Shown here one piece after another: positions 40,145 through 50,601 of a stretch of 64,000 nt of DNA. Origin of the DNA: Nitrospirota bacterium (GTDB lineage: Bacteria > Nitrospirota > UBA9217); the NCBI GenBank assembly GCA_963845065.1, contig CAWJQQ010000002.1:192001-256000 (forward strand). The letters run 5' to 3'. The notes below the pieces were generated by a model, which did not search any database, was not told where the DNA came from, and saw only the letters and a list, made by a program, of their open reading frames with translations. The translations under genes were made by a program, and so were the position numbers. Numbering within the stretch: position 1 is the stretch's first letter; each line of letters starts with the position of its first letter.

Positions 40145-41959
40145 CTAGAACACATACTTCTCCGCCTCGATGGCGGCATGTGCCAAATGGCGCTTGAATT
40201 TAAGCAACCCGGTGGCATCGTATTTCGTGAACCGCCTGATCCCGCCAAGAAGAATGGTCAAGTTATCGCCCTCGTCGACAAAGAATGCTGCCTTACGCGC
40301 CGCTGTGGCCGTCTGCTCCGCAGCATTGAACGTAAATACCTTCACCGCCGCGGTAATGGACGCCTTTTTGGCTTCGCTTAGGGACGGCATGATTTTTTCA
40401 GCGCGCAAAAGGGCGCTCTCGATGGCAAAGATGTTGATTGCAATGTCGGCCGCCGCAAGGAGGATCTCCTGTTCGTCCTTGATTGCCATCATAAATTTCT
40501 GCACACTGCTCCCTGCAATCACCAGGAAGACCTTCTTCAAGTTTGCAATGAGTGCCTTTTCCCCAGCAAAAGGGTCCATATCGTCCAACTCGTCCACTGA
40601 CGGAGTCATGAGCGCCTCGAACGCCTTGGTCGCTTCGCGCTGAAGAGGAATCTCCCCTTTCATGGATCTGGTCAGAATGATGCCGGGGATCAAGAGGCGA
40701 TTGATCTCGTTCGTCCCTTCGAAAATCCTGTTGATTCGCTCGTCCCGGTAATACCCTTCCGCGGGATACTCCTGGATGAAGCCATAACCGCCGTGAATCT
40801 GCACCACCTGGTCCACCACCTCGGCGAGAACCTCACTGCAGAACACCTTGGCGATAGCGCACTCGATAGCATACTCTTCTATCCCTTTCTGGTAGACCTC
40901 ATAGTAGTTGGGCGTGTTCTTGTCAATGGTCGCCAACTTATCGTCGAGCAGGCCTGCAAGACGGTAAACGAGCGACTCTGCGGCAAAGGTAGCGGCCGTC
41001 ATGTCGGCGATCTTCTCCTTGATTGCACCAAAGCTGGCAATGGGGACGCCGAACTGCTTTCTTATATTGGCATATTTAATTCCTTCAGCGAGGGCATGTT
41101 TTGCTGCTCCGGTCACGGCCGCGCCAAGTTTGAAACGGCCGACGTTGAGCACATTGAAGGCGATCTTATGGCCCTTGCCGATCTGGCCGAGCACGTTTTC
41201 GACCGGCACCTTGGCATTCACGAGAATGATCTGCGTTGTGGATGAGCCTCTGATCCCGAGCTTTTTTTCCTCTGCTCCCACGGACAGTCCGTCAGTCGTT
41301 CTTTCTACGAGGAACGCAGTAAAGTGTTCTTTATCGATCTTGGCAAAGATCGTGTAGAGGTTGGCAAAACTCCCGTTAGTAATAAATTGCTTGGTGCCAT
41401 TAAGGAGGTAAAATTTTCCGTCAGCGGAGAGTGTGGCCGTGGACTTCGCTCCGAGAGCATCGCTCCCCGAATCGGGCTCTGTCAGGCAGTATGCGGCTAC
41501 CCACTCACCACTAATTATTTTCCCCAGGTACTTCTCCTTCTGCTCCTTGGTACCATAGTAGACGAGCGGCAGAGTACCGATGCCGGAATGGGCCGAGTAG
41601 GTGACTGAAAATGAACCGGCAGTTGAAATTTTCTCCGCAGCCAGCATGCTGGTCGCCTTATCGAGTTCGAGACCGCCATACTCCTCGGGGGCATCGATCA
41701 TGAGAAGGCCCAGATCGCCGCACTTCTTCATTAACTGGACTACCAGGCCGAAATTGTGGTTCTCGATCTCCTCCCGGTGAGGGACGACCTCGTTCAGCAC
41801 GAACTGAGCGGTGGTCTCTCCAATCTGTTTTTGCTCATCCGTAAAATCCTCTGGCGTGAAGATATCATCCTTTTTCGCCTCGGTAATCAGGTACTCGGCC
41901 CCCTTGAATAGTTTCGCGACCTTGCCATTCACTCCTGTTTTCGTAGCCATGCTATTCAC
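40145..41959 (-). CDS. Acyl-CoA dehydrogenase (long FadE type)
   Basis: YCLTEPDSGSDA, KLGIRGS, QIHGGYG and RIFEGTNEI motifs. Confidence 0.95.
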   Translation of the reverse strand: MNSMATKTGVNGKVAKLFKGAEYLITEAKKDDIFTPEDFTDEQKQIGETTAQFVLNEVVPHREEIENHNFGLVVQLMKKCGDLGLLMIDAPEEYGGLELDKATSMLAAEKISTAGSFSVTYSAHSGIGTLPLVYYGTKEQKEKYLGKIISGEWVAAYCLTEPDSGSDALGAKSTATLSADGKFYLLNGTKQFITNGSFANLYTIFAKIDKEHFTAFLVERTTDGLSVGAEEKKLGIRGSSTTQIILVNAKVPVENVLGQIGKGHKIAFNVLNVGRFKLGAAVTGAAKHALAEGIKYANIRKQFGVPIASFGAIKEKIADMTAATFAAESLVYRLAGLLDDKLATIDKNTPNYYEVYQKGIEEYAIECAIAKVFCSEVLAEVVDQVVQIHGGYGFIQEYPAEGYYRDERINRIFEGTNEINRLLIPGIILTRSMKGEIPLQREATKAFEALMTPSVDELDDMDPFAGEKALIANLKKVFLVIAGSSVQKFMMAIKDEQEILLAAADIAINIFAIESALLRAEKIMPSLSEAKKASITAAVKVFTFNAAEQTATAARKAAFFVDEGDNLTILLGGIRRFTKYDATGLLKFKRHLAHAAIEAEKYVF

Positions 41960-42021
41960 CTCACTCTGCTGAGATTATTTTCCCTTGAGCTTTGGGACAT
42001 ATGCTATCGGCCGCATCATTC

Positions 42022-43194
42022 CTACATTTTTTCGAAAATTCCGGCCGCGCCCATGCCGCCGCCGATGCACATAGAGACCATGCCGTAGTGGATATTGTTC
42101 CGATGCATCGTGTGGAGTAGGGTTGCAGTCAATTTTGCGCCGGTGCAACCCAGGGGGTGCCCAAGGGCAATTGCACCGCCGTTTACATTGACCTTGGCCG
42201 GATCGAGGCCGAGGGTCCGGATGCAGGCGAGCGCCTGGGCGGCAAACGCCTCGTTTAGTTCTATGAGGCCGATATCTTCCAGTTTCAGCCCCGCCAACCG
42301 CAATGCTGCCGGGATCGCCTCCACAGGACCTATCCCCATGATCTCGGGCGGCACCCCTTTCACGGCAAAAGAAATGAATCTCGCCAGGGGGGATTTACCA
42401 TGTTTTTTCAGGAACTCCTCGGAGACAATGAGCGCAGCTGCGGCCCCGTCGGTCATCTGCGACGAGTTACCGGCCGTTACCGTTCCCGTGTTCTTAAAGG
42501 CAGGTTTCAGTTTCTCCAAAGCTGCTATAGTCGTGTCCGCCCGCACACCGTCGTCGACGGCGACGATCTCGGTCTCTCTTTTCATCTTGCCTTTGACGAG
42601 AGAGAATTTCTCAATCTCGACAGGTATTACTTCTTTCTGAAAATTGCCCTGCCTAATGGCAGTCGCGGCCTTCATATGGCTGGAAGCGGCAAAAGCATCC
42701 TGGTCCACCCGGGAGACACCAAACTTTTCCGCCACCTTCTCAGCTGTGACCCCCATGGAAGCGAACGATTCCGGCCAGGAGGCCATAAGAGAGGGATTTG
42801 CGCTAAACTTGATTCCTCCCATCGGTATCATTGTCATACTCTCAGCGCCTCCGGCAATGATGCAGTCGGCAAACCCTGCCATGATGCGCTCCGCGGCCGA
42901 GGCAATCGTCTGAAGACCGGATGAACAAAATCGGTTGACGGTCTGGGCCGGTATCTGAAACGGGATCCCGGCTTTCATTGCCGCGATCCGCGCCATGTTC
43001 ATCCCCTGCTCTCCTTCAGGGAATGCGTTCCCTATAATGATATCGTCAACCAGCATCGGGTCGATACCCGTTCTCTCCAAGAGACCCTGAATGGCAGCTG
43101 CGGCCAGATCGTCGGGCCTCATATCCTTGAATTTTCCTTTTTTCGCCTTGCAACCAGGAGTACGGTAGGCTGCTAACACATATGCGTTTCTCAT
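42022..43194 (-). CDS. fadA: 3-ketoacyl-CoA thiolase
   Basis: NRFCSSG, NEAF, GHPLG and CIGGGMG motifs. Confidence 0.95.
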   Translation of the reverse strand: MRNAYVLAAYRTPGCKAKKGKFKDMRPDDLAAAAIQGLLERTGIDPMLVDDIIIGNAFPEGEQGMNMARIAAMKAGIPFQIPAQTVNRFCSSGLQTIASAAERIMAGFADCIIAGGAESMTMIPMGGIKFSANPSLMASWPESFASMGVTAEKVAEKFGVSRVDQDAFAASSHMKAATAIRQGNFQKEVIPVEIEKFSLVKGKMKRETEIVAVDDGVRADTTIAALEKLKPAFKNTGTVTAGNSSQMTDGAAAALIVSEEFLKKHGKSPLARFISFAVKGVPPEIMGIGPVEAIPAALRLAGLKLEDIGLIELNEAFAAQALACIRTLGLDPAKVNVNGGAIALGHPLGCTGAKLTATLLHTMHRNNIHYGMVSMCIGGGMGAAGIFEKM

Positions 43195-43226
43195 AGATAT
43201 CCTCCGCTTTTTTGAATTTCTCTTTA

Positions 43227-43363
43227 GTGAATTACCCCGCAGCAGAGCTGCGGGGCATCAAAACCGATAGAACCTAAAACCAATCAGATTCTTATCCTGA
43301 CTTCGTCAGGATTGTCCTTTTCATCCCAGCAGTAGAACTGCTGGGTATTCAAGGACAGGTTTT
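43227..43363 (-). mobile_element. MITE-like element of about 137 bp, IS200/IS605 type (different hairpin family)
   Basis: Related terminal hairpins CCCAGCAG-TTCTA-CTGCTGGG and CCCCGCAGC-TCT-GCTGCGGGG, central hairpin ATCCTGAC-TTC-GTCAGGAT, TTTAT at one edge and TTCAC at the other. Confidence 0.6.
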
Positions 43364-43385
43364 ATAAAATGGAGTGCTTGACCCC

Positions 43386-45773
43386 TTAATTTCGCAACGG
43401 TTTCCCTTTCTTCAGCATGTGCTGGATGCGCTCCAACGTCTTTTTCTGGCCACAGAGCTTGACGAACGCCTCCCGTTCCAACTCCAGCAAGTACTCCTCA
43501 GTGATGAGGGTGCCGGCGGGAACATCACCGCCGGTGATAACGTCGGCGATCGTGCTGCCCAGGAACTCTTCGTACTCGGTGACATATTCACCTATACGCA
43601 TATTCCAGATCTGGGATTTTATGCTGGCCGCAACGCTTCGTCCCGGAGCCTTCAGGTCAGTCAGCGGTTTTGACGGACGGTAGTTGGCCGCAAGGGCGAT
43701 AGCCTTCTGCTTGGCATCGAAAATCCGCCTGTCAAAATTCATCGTTATTGCATCGCCGTGGCGCATAAAGCCCATTTCGCAGAGTTCGGCAGCAGATGTG
43801 CTCACTTTAGCCATGGCAATATTCAAAAAGTTCTTGATGATAAACGGACTGGCGTCGATATCATTTGCCTTGGCCAGTTTTATAGCTCGGATTGCCATCT
43901 CCTTGGTCCCTCCGCCGGCAGGAAGGAGCCCTACGCCGATCTCCACAAGACCCATATAGGTCTCGGCATGCGGATTTATGGAGTCTGCATGAAGGCAGAT
44001 CTCACATCCACCCCCCATAACCAAATTATGAGGTGCAGCTACCACTGGTATTTTTGAATATTTGATCGCCATCATCGCCTTCTGAAAGTTCTTGACCACC
44101 AGGGCAATCTCATCGTATGCCCCCTCACTTATGGCCATCGCAATAAGCATCAGGTTGGCGCCGGCGGAAAAAACGCTTCCTTCGTTGGCGATGACGAGAC
44201 CAATGCCTTCTTTTTCCGCCCGCTTAATCCCCTGGTGCACCATAGTAAGTATTTCGTTGCCTATGGCATTCATTTTCGTGTGGAATTCAAGGCAGAAGAC
44301 GCCATCACCAATGTCGACTACCGAAGCACCGCTGTTTTTCTCTACCACACCTCCGCTTCTCTTCAAGATAGAGAGGTTTATATTTCCGTAAGGCCTGGGC
44401 ACTTCATGGTATTCGTTGTCATTAATGCCGTAATAGTAGTTTTTGCCATTGTCGAATTTGTAGAATCTCTCAATTGGCTTGAGTGAAGCTGGCACCTCAA
44501 CTCCGTCCTTCAAAGCCCGTTTGACGAATTCTTTGACACTGATCGCGTCAAGCATCTCAAAGGGACCGAGTTCCCAGTTGTAACCCCATTTCATCGCATT
44601 ATCAATATTTACTATGTCATCTGAAATCTCAGAAATATGATTGACGGCATAGATAAGCGTATCGCGCAAGGTCTTCCAGGCGAACTCGGCTCCCTTGTCG
44701 GTGCCGGACATAACTGCCTGCAATCTTTTCGTCGGGTCGTCGATTGCCTTGGCCGACTCCACGGAGGCAAACTTGGGCCGCTGAGATGGTGCGTACTCCC
44801 CTTTTGTATAATCGTAGTAGAAGTATGCCGTGCTGTTTTCGCCTTTCTCCTTCTTGAAGAATCCCTGCTTGCTTTTGTTCCCGAGCAGCCCCTTTTTCAC
44901 CATCTCGCTAATAAAGTCAGGGAAACGGAAAGTTTCCCGCATTTCGTCATTCGGCAGGAGCTCATAGGAATTGTTCGCCACATGTTGCAGCGTATCGATG
45001 CCTACGATATCAGCGGTCCGGAAGGCACCACTTTTAGAACGGGCGATGGCGTGCCCAACAACCGCATCAACCTCCTCCACGGTCATCTTCATCTCGACCA
45101 TTTTCTGCATGCAGTTGCACATGGAATAAACGCCGATCCGGTTTGCGATAAAATTTGGGGTGTTCTTGGCGGGGACGACCCCCTTACCCAGGCGCCTCTC
45201 GATAAACTCTGCCATGAACCGGACGACCTCAGGATCGCTAGAGCGGCACGGTACTATCTCAAGAAGACGCATGTAACGCGGCGGATTGAAAAAGTGGGTG
45301 ACCAGGAAGTTCTTCCGCACGTGCTCGGGTAAGCTTTCGGCCATCTCGTTGACAGAGAGTCCGCTCGTGTTGGTGGAGAGAATAGCCCCCTCCTTGAGGT
45401 TCGGAGCAACCTTCTCTCTGAAAAGCCGCTTCTTGATCTCCATGTTTTCGACGACTACCTCGATGACCCAGTCGCACTCCCGGAGTTTCTCTATATCGTC
45501 TTCGAAATTCCCCACATCAATGTATGAGGCATAGGCGGGGAGAAAAAAGGCCGCGGGCTTCATCTTCCGGAGCCCTTCCAGCCCAGCCGCTGCGTACCTG
45601 TTCCGAACCGCTGCGTCGCTTAGGGTAAGGCCTGCTTTTTTTTCGGCGTCGTTCAGCTCTTTCGGCACGATATCGAGCAGAAGCACCTGGATTCCTCCAT
45701 TCGCGAGGTGAGCGGCAATGGTCGCTCCCATTACCCCTGCCCCCAAAACTGCCACCTGATTGATTTGTTTCAT
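43386..45773 (-). CDS. fadN: 3-hydroxyacyl-CoA dehydrogenase / enoyl-CoA hydratase fusion (FadN type)
   Basis: [18 protein letters not shown] and FIANRIG motifs; C-terminal crotonase domain (FSAGANL, GGGCE). Confidence 0.93.
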   Translation of the reverse strand: MKQINQVAVLGAGVMGATIAAHLANGGIQVLLLDIVPKELNDAEKKAGLTLSDAAVRNRYAAAGLEGLRKMKPAAFFLPAYASYIDVGNFEDDIEKLRECDWVIEVVVENMEIKKRLFREKVAPNLKEGAILSTNTSGLSVNEMAESLPEHVRKNFLVTHFFNPPRYMRLLEIVPCRSSDPEVVRFMAEFIERRLGKGVVPAKNTPNFIANRIGVYSMCNCMQKMVEMKMTVEEVDAVVGHAIARSKSGAFRTADIVGIDTLQHVANNSYELLPNDEMRETFRFPDFISEMVKKGLLGNKSKQGFFKKEKGENSTAYFYYDYTKGEYAPSQRPKFASVESAKAIDDPTKRLQAVMSGTDKGAEFAWKTLRDTLIYAVNHISEISDDIVNIDNAMKWGYNWELGPFEMLDAISVKEFVKRALKDGVEVPASLKPIERFYKFDNGKNYYYGINDNEYHEVPRPYGNINLSILKRSGGVVEKNSGASVVDIGDGVFCLEFHTKMNAIGNEILTMVHQGIKRAEKEGIGLVIANEGSVFSAGANLMLIAMAISEGAYDEIALVVKNFQKAMMAIKYSKIPVVAAPHNLVMGGGCEICLHADSINPHAETYMGLVEIGVGLLPAGGGTKEMAIRAIKLAKANDIDASPFIIKNFLNIAMAKVSTSAAELCEMGFMRHGDAITMNFDRRIFDAKQKAIALAANYRPSKPLTDLKAPGRSVAASIKSQIWNMRIGEYVTEYEEFLGSTIADVITGGDVPAGTLITEEYLLELEREAFVKLCGQKKTLERIQHMLKKGKPLRN

Positions 45774-46279
45774 TGTATCCCTCCATCGTTAGGTTGCTTG
45801 CAGGACCGGTTCTTGTTATCGGCGCACATACCTTCGATCTTGTCTATATATTTTTCGCAGATGAACTTGCGTTTAAGCTTCAGGGTCGGCGTCATCTCTC
45901 CCGCTTCGATAGAAAAATCCCGGGAGAGGAGCACGAATTTTTTGATCGTTTCTTACGATGCAAGCCTGCTGTTGAATTCGGCAATCCACTGTTCGAACAT
46001 TCTCTGGATTGATTCGCTCGAAACGAGACCATTCCGATCGTCGTAGCCTATGTTTTTTTCCCGCGCATACTCGATGACCTGTTCCATGTTCGGGACCAGA
46101 AGAGCAAGAGGTGAGGTTTCCGATTGCCGTAAACAACAGCCTGAATGATGAATTTGTCAAGTTGGAGTTCACTTTCGATTCTCCGGGGATCAATGCTCCT
46201 CCCAAAGGCGGTAACAAACAGATCCTTCTTCCAGCCCATGTTGCAAACGAACCCGTTCCAGTGCTATCAGCAAACGCCA
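45770..46279 (-). pseudogene. 3' remnant of an AMP-dependent long-chain acyl-CoA synthetase
   Basis: GWKKDLFVTAFGRSIDP..IE..QAVVYG.RKPHL, then a frameshift, then LLVPN...[32 protein letters not shown]. Confidence 0.85.
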
Positions 46280-46341
46280 TTGATGAATAAGTAAGTTCCA
46301 GCACACCTAAATCCCTGCAAGCGAGAAGAAGTCATTGTGGA

Positions 46342-46370
46342 ATCATACATAACCTTTACGCTCACGTCAA
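46342..46370 (-). promoter_or_regulatory. sigma70 promoter of the fad operon overlapped by a LiuR-type operator (46355-46370)
   Basis: TTGACG-17 bp-TATGAT; near-palindrome TTTACGCTCACGTCAA covers the -35 box. Confidence 0.75.
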
Positions 46371-46586
46371 GTTGTATTTTAAGATTTTATTTTTTTTAAA
46401 TGGATGCCCCATTATACAACTGAAAAGAACACTTGGCTAATGCCAAATTATAACTTATTGATTTTTTTAATGTAGATGCCAGAATTTGAACAAAATATCT
46501 GAGGTAATCAGCTTGAGTTCATTATCATGGGGAAAGTTTCTCCCCTTAAGTTCACAATTTCTTCAGTCCTTTATTGCGATTCTCCC

Positions 46587-48110
46587 TTATTCCCGAGTAA
46601 GGAGCGAGACGCCAAGCAGCGCGCGTCTTTTAAGCCAGGGACTCGGACGGTAGCGGGGATCGCCGTAGAACTCGAACATGTTGGTGAGAATTGAGAGAAT
46701 CCGCCTTGCTCCCAGGGCATCCCCCATGGCAAGTGGTCCCTGCGGGTAGCCGAGTCCGAGGGTGACGGCGTGGTCGATGTCCTGTGGAGCAGCAATTCGC
46801 TGCTGAGCGATATCGCAACCGATGTTGACGATGAGAGCCACTACCCGTTGCGCCACGAAACCTGCACTGTCGTTGATCGACGATACAGGCACTCCGTCAC
46901 TGCCGAATAACCCGAGTGCGGCTTCCTTCACTTCCGCCCGGGTCAGTGGCGTGTGCATGAGGGTGCGCCGTCTGGAGGAATCGAATAGAGTATCGAACGC
47001 CATGGTCCTCTGCGGGTCGAGCCCCTCGGCCAGGGCCGTGGTGGTTGCATCTCCCCCCAAGGGGGTGACAATGCAGAGCGAATCCGGCCGCGGCTTTTCG
47101 CCAGTGTCAAGGTTCCCTCCCAGCTTTGTCACAAGGTCGACCACTATGTTATGGGCGTCAGGGTTGGCCCTGCTCACCCAGACACTGGCTGACCTGGATT
47201 CCGGCAGTGGCATTACCGGCGTGGACTCCGCTGTCCCGTTGGTATACTTGTAGAACCCCCTGCCGGTCTTGCGGCCGAGTGTCCCGGCCATCAGCATCTG
47301 TCGAGTAATGGGGGACGGCCGATAGCGAGGTTCCTGGTAGTATTGGTCATAGATCGATTCGATCACCGGGTGTGAGACATCGATCCCAGTCATGTCCATC
47401 AGCTCGAAGGGTCCCATTCGGAATCCCCCTGCTTCCCTTAATATCCTGTCGATTTCGTAGAACTCCGTGATACCCTCGCCGAGGATCCGTAAGGCCTCCG
47501 TGCCGTACGCCCGTCCGGCATGATTAACGATGAAACCAGGGGTATCCTTGGCCCGCACCGGAGAGTGCCCCATGCGTCGGGCAAGATCAGTAAGTGCCGT
47601 CACAACCCATCCTTCGGTCAAAAGTCCGTCGATCACTTCAACGATCTTCATGAGCGGTACTGGACTGAAGAAGTGAAAGCCGCCGATCCGGCCGGGAAGG
47701 CGGCAACCGGCTGCGATGGCAGTGACCGACAGGGATGAAGTGTTGGTCGCCAAAAGGCAATCATCTGAGACGATCTTTTCAATCGTACGGAATACTTGCC
47801 GCTTTGCCTCAAGGTTTTCCATGATAGCTTCGATGACGATATGACAGGGGGCTACTTCCGATAAATCGTTCAGGGTCCTGATCCGCCCTACTGCTGCTGC
47901 CGCATCGTCGGCACTAATTTTCCCCTTCGCCATCAAGCGCTCGAAGATGCCTTGAATGAATTTCCTTGCTTCAAGGGCAGCACCATCCCGCGCATCGAAA
48001 AGGAGAACGTTGACCCCTCCTTGTGCAGCGATCTGAGCGATGCCCCGCCCCATGAGTCCGGTGCCGACAATGCCAAGGGTGAGATCCGAACGCGCGCTAT
48101 CCAAAACCAT
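46587..48110 (-). CDS. paaH: 3-hydroxyacyl-CoA dehydrogenase (PaaH/DcaH type)
   Basis: GTGLMGRGIAQ, NTSSLS, HFFSP and duplicated C-terminal domains. Confidence 0.9.
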   Translation of the reverse strand: MVLDSARSDLTLGIVGTGLMGRGIAQIAAQGGVNVLLFDARDGAALEARKFIQGIFERLMAKGKISADDAAAAVGRIRTLNDLSEVAPCHIVIEAIMENLEAKRQVFRTIEKIVSDDCLLATNTSSLSVTAIAAGCRLPGRIGGFHFFSPVPLMKIVEVIDGLLTEGWVVTALTDLARRMGHSPVRAKDTPGFIVNHAGRAYGTEALRILGEGITEFYEIDRILREAGGFRMGPFELMDMTGIDVSHPVIESIYDQYYQEPRYRPSPITRQMLMAGTLGRKTGRGFYKYTNGTAESTPVMPLPESRSASVWVSRANPDAHNIVVDLVTKLGGNLDTGEKPRPDSLCIVTPLGGDATTTALAEGLDPQRTMAFDTLFDSSRRRTLMHTPLTRAEVKEAALGLFGSDGVPVSSINDSAGFVAQRVVALIVNIGCDIAQQRIAAPQDIDHAVTLGLGYPQGPLAMGDALGARRILSILTNMFEFYGDPRYRPSPWLKRRALLGVSLLTRE

Positions 48111-48418
48111 GGCAGTTACCTCCCTTTGTATTCAGGCTTTCTTTTTTCGAGAAATGCGTGCATCCCTTCCTTCTGGTCTTCGGAGGCAAAGAGGAGCTGG
48201 AACGCCTTTCGCTCCAGCATCAGGCCGGCAGCGAGCGACGCATCCTGGCCGGCCAGCACTACTTCCTTGCTTTGCATGATCGCAAGGGGGGGCATGCCGG
48301 CAATGAGCTTGGCCATCCTGAGCGCAGTATCGAGCACCTCCCCATCCGCCATCACCTCGCTAGCAAACCCCATGGCCAACGCCTCCCAGGCCCGGGACCG
48401 GCTGTCCGGTGAGGATCA
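48106..48418 (-). repeat. Direct repeat copy 1 (truncated 3' part of the enoyl-CoA hydratase gene)
   Basis: Near-identical to 49739-50050; encodes ...RKAFQLLFASEDQKEGMHAFLEKRKPEYKGR. Confidence 0.93.
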
Positions 48419-48454
48419 AAAATACACCGGTACTGTATTTGATCGGCAATCGTT

Positions 48455-49657
48455 TTACACGCGCTCAATGACGGCAGCCAAACCTTGTCCCATGCCAATG
48501 CACAAACTTACCAAGGCATATCGTCCCTCGATGCGTTGCAGTTGGCGAGCTGCGGTCAGGGTAAGGCGCGCACCCGAAGCGCCAAGCGGGTGGCCAAGAG
48601 CAATCGCGCCACCGTTGGGGTTCACTCGGCTGTCATTGAAGGGAATCCCCAAAAGTTTCAAGCATCCCAGCGTCTGTGATGCAAATGCCTCGTTGATTTC
48701 GATGACATCCATGTCCGCGAGAGTCAGATTGGCCCGCTCCAGTGCTTTGGGTATGGCGTATACAGGTCCGATCCCCATGATGCGAGGCTCCACTCCTGCT
48801 GCTGCACCCACCAAAAACCGGGCCAGCGGTTTGGCGCCAGCTCTTTCCCCAATGGCGCGATTACCAACAAACATCGCCGCCGCACCATCATTGATCCCCG
48901 ATGCATTCCCTACAGTCACGACACCTCCTTCGTACAACGGTTTGAGTTTAACCAGCGACTCATAATTCGACGCGGGTCGGGGGTGCTCGTCTTCGTCCAC
49001 GATCAGAGGCGGCGTTTTCTTCCCCGTCTGGATGGTGATTGGCAGGATCTCGTCCTTGTAGAAGCCGGCTGCTTTAGCGGTGGCATATTTGGCTTGAGAG
49101 GCAGCGGCAAACAGGTCGGCATCTTCGCGGCTGATGCCGACCTCCTGTGCAACGCAGTCACCAGTTTCCGGCATCGAGTGGCTACCATAGAGTTCAATTA
49201 TCCGGGGATTTGAAAAACGTGCTCCAATGGTTGAGTCGCAGATCCTGACCTCCCTGCTGTACGCCGAATCCGCCTTGCTCATCACGAACGGCGCACGGGT
49301 CATGCTTTCCACACCACCAGCGATATATAGTTCACCTTCCCCACAGGTCACAGCTCGGGCGGCATCGAGCACTGCGGCAAGACCGCTTGCACAGAGCCGG
49401 TTCACGGTCTGACCCGCCACCTTGACAGGAAAACCCGCTCGCAGCAGCGACATCCGGGCCACATTGCGGCAATCTTCGCCAGCCTGATTGGCGCAGCCAA
49501 TCAGCACATCCTCCACTTGGTCTACCGTAAATAACGAACGGGATACCACCTCCTTCAAAACCTCCGCCAACATGTCGTCAGGGCGAACAGCAGCCAATTT
49601 ACCAGCATGGCGCCCAAAGGGTGTACGTAATCCACTGTAAATATAGGCGTCTAACAT
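48455..49657 (-). CDS. pcaF: 3-oxoadipyl-CoA thiolase (PcaF/PaaJ/DcaF type)
   Basis: VRPDD, GCANQAGED.RNVARM, NRLCASG and SMPETG motifs. Confidence 0.9.
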   Translation of the reverse strand: MLDAYIYSGLRTPFGRHAGKLAAVRPDDMLAEVLKEVVSRSLFTVDQVEDVLIGCANQAGEDCRNVARMSLLRAGFPVKVAGQTVNRLCASGLAAVLDAARAVTCGEGELYIAGGVESMTRAPFVMSKADSAYSREVRICDSTIGARFSNPRIIELYGSHSMPETGDCVAQEVGISREDADLFAAASQAKYATAKAAGFYKDEILPITIQTGKKTPPLIVDEDEHPRPASNYESLVKLKPLYEGGVVTVGNASGINDGAAAMFVGNRAIGERAGAKPLARFLVGAAAGVEPRIMGIGPVYAIPKALERANLTLADMDVIEINEAFASQTLGCLKLLGIPFNDSRVNPNGGAIALGHPLGASGARLTLTAARQLQRIEGRYALVSLCIGMGQGLAAVIERV

Positions 49658-49738
49658 GGAGCTTCCTTTCTTTTTCTTTTGTTAATTGCAATTGTCGAAG
49701 TCTCTTTTCATATATCCTCTTCTACAGAAACAAGGATT

Positions 49739-50050
49739 ACCATGGCAGTTACCTCCCTTTATATTCAGGCTTTCTTTTTTCGAGAAATGCGTGCATCCCT
49801 TCCTTCTGGTCTTCGGATGCAAAGAGGAGCTGGAACGCCTTTCGCTCCAGCATCAGGCCGGCAGTGAGCGACGAATCCTGGCCGGCCAACACTACCTCCT
49901 TGCATTGCATGATCGCAAGGGGGGGCATGCCGGCAATGAGCTTGGCCATCCTGAGCGCAGTATCGAGCACTTCTCCATCCGCCACCACCTCGCTAGCAAG
50001 CCCCATTGCCAACGCCTCCCGGGCCGGGATCGGCTGTCCGGTGAGGATCA
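49739..50050 (-). repeat. Direct repeat copy 2
   Basis: Matches 48106-48418. Confidence 0.93.
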
Positions 50051-50516
50051 TCTTCATAGCCTGGAACTTTCCGACAGCCCGCGTCAGGCGCTGTGTCCCC
50101 CCTGCCCCCGGCATGATCCCCACTTTCACCTCTGGCTGGCAGAAGCTCGCCCCCTCGCCGGCAATGATGATATCCGCGTGCATCGCCAACTCGCAACCTC
50201 CTCCCCAGGCATAACCGTTGACCGCGGCAATGACCGGCTTCGGGCAGTCGGCAATCGCCTGCCACATCCGGTGAGTGTTGCGCAGCACCATTTCCACCGC
50301 GCCATGTTCCACCATATCCTTGATATCGGCCCCGGCGGCGAAAACCTCGCCGCCGGTCAATACGATGCAACGAACCGACGGGTCACTACCCAGGGCGGTG
50401 AAATAATCGGCAAGCTTCTGGCGGACCGCGAGATTAAGGGCATTTTTTACTTCCGGTCGGTTGAGCCTGACCAGCGCCACCCCTTCCAGGGGGTGCTCCA
50501 AAATTACCTCACTCAT
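49749..50516 (-). CDS. Enoyl-CoA hydratase (DcaE/PaaF-like)
   Basis: FAAGADI, GGGCE and PE..VGIMPGAGGTQRL motifs. Confidence 0.93.
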   Translation of the reverse strand: MSEVILEHPLEGVALVRLNRPEVKNALNLAVRQKLADYFTALGSDPSVRCIVLTGGEVFAAGADIKDMVEHGAVEMVLRNTHRMWQAIADCPKPVIAAVNGYAWGGGCELAMHADIIIAGEGASFCQPEVKVGIMPGAGGTQRLTRAVGKFQAMKMILTGQPIPAREALAMGLASEVVADGEVLDTALRMAKLIAGMPPLAIMQCKEVVLAGQDSSLTAGLMLERKAFQLLFASEDQKEGMHAFLEKRKPEYKGR

Positions 50517-50601
50517 GCACGTCTCCTTTCAAGTGGCATAAATAAACATCGGTATGCAATACGGAGTACACGTGAGTCAATATCCTACTTGCAACGATCT
50601 A

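Noticed and set aside
45873..46304. 143-aa ORF as a real gene
   Set aside because: It is an off-frame reading of the acyl-CoA synthetase pseudogene.
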